Of a DNA stretch of 64,000 bases, positions 58,253-64,000 are shown piece after piece. How positions within the stretch are numbered: position 1 is the stretch's first letter; the number at the start of each line of letters is the position of its first letter. The stretch spans positions 335,451-399,450 of the forward strand of contig JAQUNI010000001.1 in NCBI GenBank assembly GCA_028717685.1. The letters are read 5' to 3'. The notes beneath the pieces were generated by a model that was not told the DNA's origin, did not search any database, and saw only the letters and a program-made list of their open reading frames with translations. Made by a program: the position numbers and the translations under genes. The DNA is from Patescibacteria group bacterium (GTDB lineage: Bacteria; Patescibacteriota; JAQUNI01).

Positions 58253-58484
58253 ACCTTGAATTACGCAACTTCCATAAAGTAATAAAATATTCCTCCCTCT
58301 TAGACCTGTGGGAGGTGGGGGTCTGGATCAGAACCTCCCCTAACCCCTCCTTGGAAAGGAGGGGATAATCCTCCCCTTTCTAAGGGGAGGAAGGATGGGG
58401 TTCTGAAGCTCCCACCCCCTCTATCTCCCCCCTGCTTACCGGCAGGCAGGCTCGTGCAGGGGGAGTGAGTCTCGTAATTCAAGG
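58253..58484. repeat. CCTTGAATTACG...CGTAATTCAAGG-bounded element with internal GC hairpins
   Basis: 12-bp perfect terminal inverted repeat enclosing several CCCCT...AGGGG hairpins. Confidence 0.8.
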
Positions 58485-58574
58485 CTTTGTAAATATTTCA
58501 TAAGGAGTTTAAGATTTGCCCTCACTTCTTGACTCTTGATTCTAGCTTCTATATTCTAGCCTCTATTCTTTAAA

Positions 58575-58604
58575 TTGACAAACAAGCCCAAATGAAGATA
58601 TAAT
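58575..58604 (+). promoter_or_regulatory. Sigma70 promoter of the DUF4446 operon
   Basis: TTGACA-18nt-TATAAT. Confidence 0.65.
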
Positions 58605-58620
58605 AAACTAGAAATTAATC

Positions 58621-59085
58621 TTGAAATCAATGGTTTGGATTTTGATCCCGCTTATTTTAATTCTTTTATTAGCGATCTGGACTTTCTATCTGCATCACTA
58701 TCTTTTTAAAATCCGCAGCGCGAGCAGAGAATTGTTCAAACAAGCCAAGGGGAGTAATTTGGAAGAAATCTTAAATCTGCAGAACCAGCATCTCAAGAAA
58801 CATTCCGAAGAATTAAAAGATCTGCAAAATTTTACCCGCGAACTGGAAAAAAATCTAGGCTTCACTATTCAAAAAACTAATATCGTCCGATTTAACGCCT
58901 TTCCCGGGGAAGGCGGCGACCAAAGTTTCAGCATTGCCCTTTTAGACCAACACCAAAACGGCGTAGTAGTCTCTAATCTCCGCAACAGAAACAATGATCG
59001 CATCTACGCCAAACCAGTCAAAAATGGCCAATCGCCATATCATTTAACCAAAGAGGAATTAGAAGCCATTAACCCAAGGAAATAG
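58621..59085 (+). CDS. DUF4446 family protein
   Basis: VRFNAF---GGDQSFSIALLD---NG, YAKPV--G-S-Y-LT-EE. Confidence 0.9.
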   Translation: MKSMVWILIPLILILLLAIWTFYLHHYLFKIRSASRELFKQAKGSNLEEILNLQNQHLKKHSEELKDLQNFTRELEKNLGFTIQKTNIVRFNAFPGEGGDQSFSIALLDQHQNGVVVSNLRNRNNDRIYAKPVKNGQSPYHLTKEELEAINPRK

Positions 59086-59133
59086 GAAGACTCGCTTTTT
59101 TGAAAGTCTTCCAAAAATCCTTCTAAAATCTTT

Positions 59134-59520
59134 ATGAGTGAAAAAAATCACGAAGAAACTCAAGCGGAAACCATTGTGGGACCTTCGGTTAAAGTAGAGG
59201 GGGAGTTGTCCTCCGAGGGCAATGTTCGGATTGACGGACAAGTGGCAGGCAATGTGCAAACCAGCCAAAATTTAGCCGTGGGGGAACAGGCTGTTATTTC
59301 CGCAAACGTGAAAGCCTTGAACGCGGTAATCGCGGGCAAAATTAAAGGTAATATTACCGTAGAGGAAGCTTTGGAAATTACTGAAACTGGACAAGTGGAA
59401 GGCGACATCACAGCCAAGATTATTTCCATTTCTCCGGGCGCTATTTTCCAAGGTCAATGCCAAATGCCTCTTCCCACTGACCGAGAAACGGAAATTGAAG
59501 TGGAAGAGGTGATGGAATAA
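59134..59520 (+). CDS. Bactofilin (polymer-forming cytoskeletal protein)
   Basis: TIVGPSVKVEGEL...RIDG...GA-FQGQC. Confidence 0.93.
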   Translation: MSEKNHEETQAETIVGPSVKVEGELSSEGNVRIDGQVAGNVQTSQNLAVGEQAVISANVKALNAVIAGKIKGNITVEEALEITETGQVEGDITAKIISISPGAIFQGQCQMPLPTDRETEIEVEEVME

Positions 59521-59527
59521 ATAAGGG

Positions 59528-59710
59528 AATTTTTAATTTTCAATTTCTAATTTTTATTAAATTTCTAATTTTTGCATTTTTAAACCAAATTTTTAATTTT
59601 GATTTCTTAATTTTTAGCTAATTTTTATTGTATTATTGCCTTATTTTCTTTCAATAAAAATTAAGCAAATAAAAATTAGTTAAAAATCAAAAATTAAAAA
59701 ATAGAAATTG
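59528..59710. repeat. Nested heptamer palindromes; the inner one is an inverted empty copy of the four-helix-bundle-flanking family
   Basis: atttcttaatttttagctaatttttatt...aataaaaattagttaaaaatcaaaaattaaaaa. Confidence 0.8.
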
Positions 59711-59721
59711 AGAATTCTCCA

Positions 59722-60591
59722 ATGTATTACTATATCTACGATTCTTTCTTAGAAAATCCTAAATATCGTAAAATCCTGGACCGGATTGAAATTAGACTGT
59801 CCGATCTTGCCATTGCGGGCGAAGCAAGCCATGTCCGTCCTTTAAGAAACCTAGAGGAGATTGTTTTAGAAGGACTAATACAGGGAAAACGCACAATTAT
59901 CGCCGTAGGCAATGATTACACATTCAAAAAAATCGCGCATACTGTTTTAAACCAGAGTGAAACCCCTCTCTCTGAAATCACGATCGGTGTCATCCCAGTC
60001 GGGCAGCCAAACTTTATCAGCCAAGGTCTCGGAGTGCCCATAAACGAGCCGGCTTGCGAAGTTATTTCCGGACGGATTATTAAAATTATTGACGTCGGGA
60101 AGGTTAATTCCGAATATTTTCTCACCCAAGCGGTTTGCGGTTTCGGGGGACGGGATGAGGAACGCAATAAAAAAGGGGACCTATCTTATCTTCAATCCCT
60201 GCGTTATCGGCCCCAGGATGTTATTCTTAAAATTGACAGTAAATTTCAAGTCCGCCTGAACTTATTTCACGCCGCCTTCGTAAATTTATCTTTAAAAAGG
60301 GAAGCCTTACCTCTTGCCAATCCTTGCGACGGAATTTTGAATGTGTTTGTGACTGCGAATCTTTCCCGCTTCTCTCTTTTAAAAAAACTAAAGCTCATAG
60401 AATCAGAAAAATATTCTTTGCTTCCTAAGACTTCTGTGTTTCGCGCGAGTAAAATTGAAATCTTGTCTCCGCGCCAAGAGCAAATTGATATCTTGGGCGA
60501 TTTGCAAAAAATAGGCCGCACGCCGGCGACTATTACAATTTTGCCCCGTAAATTAAGAGTGATTGTGGGGAAAGAAAGAGCATTTAATTAA
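59722..60591 (+). CDS. Diacylglycerol/lipid kinase family protein (CPR-type)
   Basis: IIAVGND-T, GVIPVG--N---LG, IDVGKVN--YF and DGILNV motifs. Confidence 0.82.
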   Translation: MYYYIYDSFLENPKYRKILDRIEIRLSDLAIAGEASHVRPLRNLEEIVLEGLIQGKRTIIAVGNDYTFKKIAHTVLNQSETPLSEITIGVIPVGQPNFISQGLGVPINEPACEVISGRIIKIIDVGKVNSEYFLTQAVCGFGGRDEERNKKGDLSYLQSLRYRPQDVILKIDSKFQVRLNLFHAAFVNLSLKREALPLANPCDGILNVFVTANLSRFSLLKKLKLIESEKYSLLPKTSVFRASKIEILSPRQEQIDILGDLQKIGRTPATITILPRKLRVIVGKERAFN

Positions 60592-60595
60592 TTTA

Positions 60596-60804
60596 TAGAC
60601 CTTTTGCAAAATAACCTTTTCTACTGCAATTGCTAGATTTCGGCTGCAAATGTTTCAGGGCTCGTCGCTGTATTTTAGAGTAAAATACAGCTTCCTCCCG
60701 CCCGCCTCGCCTGAAGCGAAGCGATGGCGGGCGCGGCGCCCTTCAACATTTTCGCTCGAAATCCGTCAATTTCGTAACGAAAAAATTATTTCACAAAAGG
60801 TCTA
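60596..60804. mobile_element. MITE-like palindromic element with TAGACCTTTTG terminal inverted repeats
   Basis: tagaccttttgcaaaataa...ttatttcacaaaaggtcta, with internal symmetry and a nested 31-nt module at 60701-60731. Confidence 0.7.
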
Positions 60805-61049
60805 TGGGCAAACACCGCCAAAATATTAAAAAATATTTTAAAGAACCGTTTTATAATATCTCGGGTATTTTTGCGGATTATCTGCCGGTGCCTGTGCGCT
60901 GGCTCATCGGCCTTGCGATCGCGGGATTAGTTTTAGTTTTTACCGGCTTCTGGGGCTTGGTTAAATTGATTTTATGTCTCTTCTGGATCAGCGCTATTTT
61001 CTTAATTGCGGCTTTGATTTATCAGATTGTTAAGAATAAGAAGAAGTAA
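60804..61049 (+). CDS. Small membrane protein
   Basis: 81 aa with two hydrophobic helices. Confidence 0.65.
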   Translation: MGKHRQNIKKYFKEPFYNISGIFADYLPVPVRWLIGLAIAGLVLVFTGFWGLVKLILCLFWISAIFLIAALIYQIVKNKKK

Positions 61050-61165
61050 ATTCCATTGCTCTATTGCTCAATTGTGCAATTGTTATAAAAAGCAAATTTT
61101 CCCTGATTTACAATAGAACCCTGCGCCACGTAGGGTGCAGGGCAAGCAATCGAACAATAAAACCA
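61050..61165. repeat. CATTG octamer palindrome with a nested hairpin
   Basis: Inverted sibling of 47778-47915. Confidence 0.75.
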
Positions 61166-61194
61166 TCAAAAGGGAAGGTTAATGGTTAAAATTT

Positions 61195-62940
61195 ATGGAT
61201 TTAAATAAAGCTCCCAAGATAGTTGTAATTCCTAGTATGGTCAGGGTCAAAAACTTGGCTTCTGTTTTGAATTTGCCTGTCGCGCGGGTAATGCAAGAAC
61301 TCATTAAAAACAATATTTACACCACCATCAATGAAGAGCTTGATTATGAAACCGCCGCCATCATTGCCGAAGATTTAGGATATCAGGTAGCGCCTCAAGG
61401 CAAAGCAGAGGAAAACCTCAAAGAACCGGTTGGAGAAAATATTTCCAATAAAGAGATCTTAAAACTTTCAACACGACCGCCAGTAGTAGCAGTGATGGGG
61501 CATGTGGACCACGGCAAAACCACTCTTTTGGATTATATTCGCAAAACTAATGTGGCAGGCGGAGAGGCAGGAGGGATTACCCAAAATATCGGCGCTTACC
61601 AAATTCAATATAAAAAACATCGGATCACTTTTATTGATACCCCCGGACACGAGGCTTTTCAAAGCATGCGGGCGCGAGGAGCGCGCCTCACTGATCTTGC
61701 TATTTTGGTTGTCGCCGCGGATGACGGGGTGAAGCCGCAAACCAAGGAAGCAATTACTCATATCCGAAACGCTAAAATCCCGATGATCATAGCGATTAAT
61801 AAAATGGATAAGCAAGATGCTAAAGTGGATAAGGTAAAACAAGAACTGGCTCAAGAAGGCGTGCAAATTGAAGAATGGGGAGGCGATGTGCCTCTTGTGG
61901 AAATCTCGGCAAAAACGGGTCAAGGCGTAGAGGAACTTCTAAAAACTATTATCGTCGTCGCGGAAATGGAGGAGTTAAAAGCCCCTCTTTCCGGTCCTGC
62001 TCTAGGCACAATCATTGAGTCTCATCTTTCTTCTCGGCAGGGACCAGAAACCTCGGTTTTGGTGCAATCCGGCACTTTTAAGATAGGGGATATAATCACC
62101 GCAGCATCTGCGCAAGGAAAAATCAAAATGATGGAGGACTACCGCGGTCAAATAATTCGAAAGGCAGGACCTTCCGAGCCCGTCAAGATTGTTGGGTTTA
62201 AGGAAGTGCCAGAGGTCGGCAGTATCGTGCAGAACGGAGAAGAATCCTTAATTAATCGCGAGAAATTCACCCCTCAAGAAAAGAAAATACTGACGCTCAT
62301 CAACCAAAAAGCATCGAACCCCAAAATTAAAAAATTAAATCTTGTTATCAAGGCCGGCAGCCAAGGATCCAAAGAGGCAATTCTGGAAAACTTGGCTCGC
62401 GTGCAATCTTCCGAGGTCGCGCCCTATATTATTCAAGAGGGGGTAGGCAATATAACAGAATCGGATGTCTTGAAAAGCCACATCACCAACGCCAAACTTA
62501 TTGGTTTCGAGGTGAAGACCACTACCGTGGCTAAGAAATTGGCTAGGCAGCTCGAACTGAAAATTAATATTTACGAGATTATCTATGAACTCATTGACGC
62601 CATAAAAGAAGGTCTGGAAGAAATACTTGAACCGGAGGAGGAGATAGTGGAATTGGGCAAGTTAGAGATACTCGCCATCTTTCACACTGAAAAGGGCAAG
62701 ATGATCGTAGGCGGTAAAGTCACGCAAGGAACGATCCAAAGAGAGAGCCATATCCGCGTTCAAAGAAAAGGTCAAATGATTGGAGAAGGAACTATAACGG
62801 AGTTGCAAAGCAACAAGCAAAAAGTAAAAGAGGTCAAAAATGGCCAAGAATGCGGCATTAAATTCCTGGGCGACGTGAAGATTGAAATTGGAGATATCCT
62901 GGAATTTTATAAAATAGAAAAGAAAAAGAAAACACTATAA
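61195..62940 (+). CDS. infB: Translation initiation factor IF-2
   Basis: MGHVDHGKTTLLD, GGITQNIGAY, DTPGHEAF and INKMD motifs. Confidence 0.97.
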   Translation: MDLNKAPKIVVIPSMVRVKNLASVLNLPVARVMQELIKNNIYTTINEELDYETAAIIAEDLGYQVAPQGKAEENLKEPVGENISNKEILKLSTRPPVVAVMGHVDHGKTTLLDYIRKTNVAGGEAGGITQNIGAYQIQYKKHRITFIDTPGHEAFQSMRARGARLTDLAILVVAADDGVKPQTKEAITHIRNAKIPMIIAINKMDKQDAKVDKVKQELAQEGVQIEEWGGDVPLVEISAKTGQGVEELLKTIIVVAEMEELKAPLSGPALGTIIESHLSSRQGPETSVLVQSGTFKIGDIITAASAQGKIKMMEDYRGQIIRKAGPSEPVKIVGFKEVPEVGSIVQNGEESLINREKFTPQEKKILTLINQKASNPKIKKLNLVIKAGSQGSKEAILENLARVQSSEVAPYIIQEGVGNITESDVLKSHITNAKLIGFEVKTTTVAKKLARQLELKINIYEIIYELIDAIKEGLEEILEPEEEIVELGKLEILAIFHTEKGKMIVGGKVTQGTIQRESHIRVQRKGQMIGEGTITELQSNKQKVKEVKNGQECGIKFLGDVKIEIGDILEFYKIEKKKKTL

Positions 62941-63040
62941 ATAAATCAAAATGCAAAATTCAAAATGCAAAATTGCAATTCAAAATTAAAAATGATGCTT
63001 TAGATTGTAATTTTGAACTTTACACTTTGAATTTTGAACT
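62941..63040. repeat. CAAAATG/CAAAATT heptamer palindrome
   Basis: caaaatgcaaaattcaaaatgcaaaatt...aattttgaactttacactttgaattttgaact. Confidence 0.75.
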
Positions 63041-63043
63041 GAT

Positions 63044-63388
63044 TTGTCCCACCGCATTCTTCAATTAAATAGCTTAATCCAACAAGAGCTTAGCCGCGCT
63101 TTTTTAACGGAAGTCTTTTTGAATCGTCACGCATTAACCACTATCACCAAGGTGGAGACTTCCCGCGACTTAGATCACGCGAAAATCTGGGTCTCCGTTC
63201 TACCCTTTGAAAAAGGTCAAAACATTCTCAAGACTTTACAAAAAAACGCGGGCAGGCTACAATCCTTTCTCAACGCAAGGTTAGTCTTAAGAAAAATACC
63301 CCGCCTTAAATTTGTCTTGGACGCAACTGAATTAAAAGCAGACAGGATTAACAGACTTCTTAACGCGGAATTTCCCAAAGGGGTTTAA
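63044..63388 (+). CDS. rbfA: Ribosome-binding factor A
   Basis: TITKVETSRDL-HAKIWVS...LRKIPRLKF--D; follows infB. Confidence 0.92.
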   Translation: MSHRILQLNSLIQQELSRAFLTEVFLNRHALTTITKVETSRDLDHAKIWVSVLPFEKGQNILKTLQKNAGRLQSFLNARLVLRKIPRLKFVLDATELKADRINRLLNAEFPKGV

Positions 63389-63446
63389 TTTTATTTAATC
63401 TGAACAAGCGGGCTTCAAATAAGCCACGCCCTCCATAAAAAATATA

Positions 63447-64000
63447 ATGCACAGAAAAGATTTTAATTTAGTGATTAAAGCCTTAAAAGGATATAACACT
63501 TTTCTCATCGCGAGCCATGAAAATCCGGATGGAGATTCTGTGGGCTCAATTCTGGCTCTCTGTATGGCTTTGGAAAAGATGAAGAAGGAAGTTTCGCTAT
63601 TTACCCCAGACCCTATTCCGGAAAATTTACAGTTTCTGCCCCAAAGCGCCAGAATCATCAGCTCTTCTCCCAAAAAAAACTTTGATGTCGTAATTGCTTT
63701 GGACGCGAGCGACGTTAAACGTCTGCATTTAAAATGGTCCAATATCAAGCATCAAATCCTTGTTAATATTGACCATCATCCGCAAAAAAAACCATTCGGC
63801 GATCTGAATTTAATCGCCCCCCTTGCCTCCTCCACCTCGGAAATTATTTATTTGATCATTAAAGCCCTTAAAAGTATAGACGCTAAAATTGCCACTTGTC
63901 TTTTAACAGGAATATTTACGGATACGGGCAGCTTCCAACACGCCAATACCTCTCCTTATACCATGGAGATCGCCGCCCACCTGATGAAAAAGGGGGCAAA
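63447..64000 (+). CDS. DHH family phosphoesterase (NrnA-like), truncated by the window end
   Basis: My translation from ATG 63447 gives SHENPDGDSVGS, NIDHH and GIFTDTGSF. Confidence 0.9.
   Translation, partial: MHRKDFNLVIKALKGYNTFLIASHENPDGDSVGSILALCMALEKMKKEVSLFTPDPIPENLQFLPQSARIISSSPKKNFDVVIALDASDVKRLHLKWSNIKHQILVNIDHHPQKKPFGDLNLIAPLASSTSEIIYLIIKALKSIDAKIATCLLTGIFTDTGSFQHANTSPYTMEIAAHLMKKGA

Overview
Bacterial chromosomal window, most consistent with a Patescibacteria/CPR (Parcubacteria-like) genome read in standard code 11. The lineage call is inference from gene content and the 16S sequence. The left ~20 kb (minus strand) holds a PrgI/TraC-like/VirB6-like cluster with very large secreted proteins and two FGE-sulfatase-domain lipoprotein cassettes that share promoter, leader and terminator. 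The rest is mostly housekeeping (rdgB, Elp3, rsmA, trmD, khpA, tig, hppA, nusA, rnhB, infB, rbfA, a DHH phosphoesterase), plus six tRNAs (tRNA-Phe carries a group I intron) and a 16S gene with no adjacent 23S and three ~190-nt insertions. The dominant unexplained signal is a dense set of short palindromic elements from several families. They nest inside one another, sit in frame in proteins as 30-nt modules, interrupt relic tRNA copies at TG^CA next to intact tRNAs, and make up the 16S insertions. Two families also occur in a 'filled' form bracketing a small gene (a four-helix-bundle protein, a GIY-YIG nuclease), which suggests autonomous/non-autonomous pairs. All coordinates and alignments were read by eye; repeat boundaries are approximate and no database searches were run.
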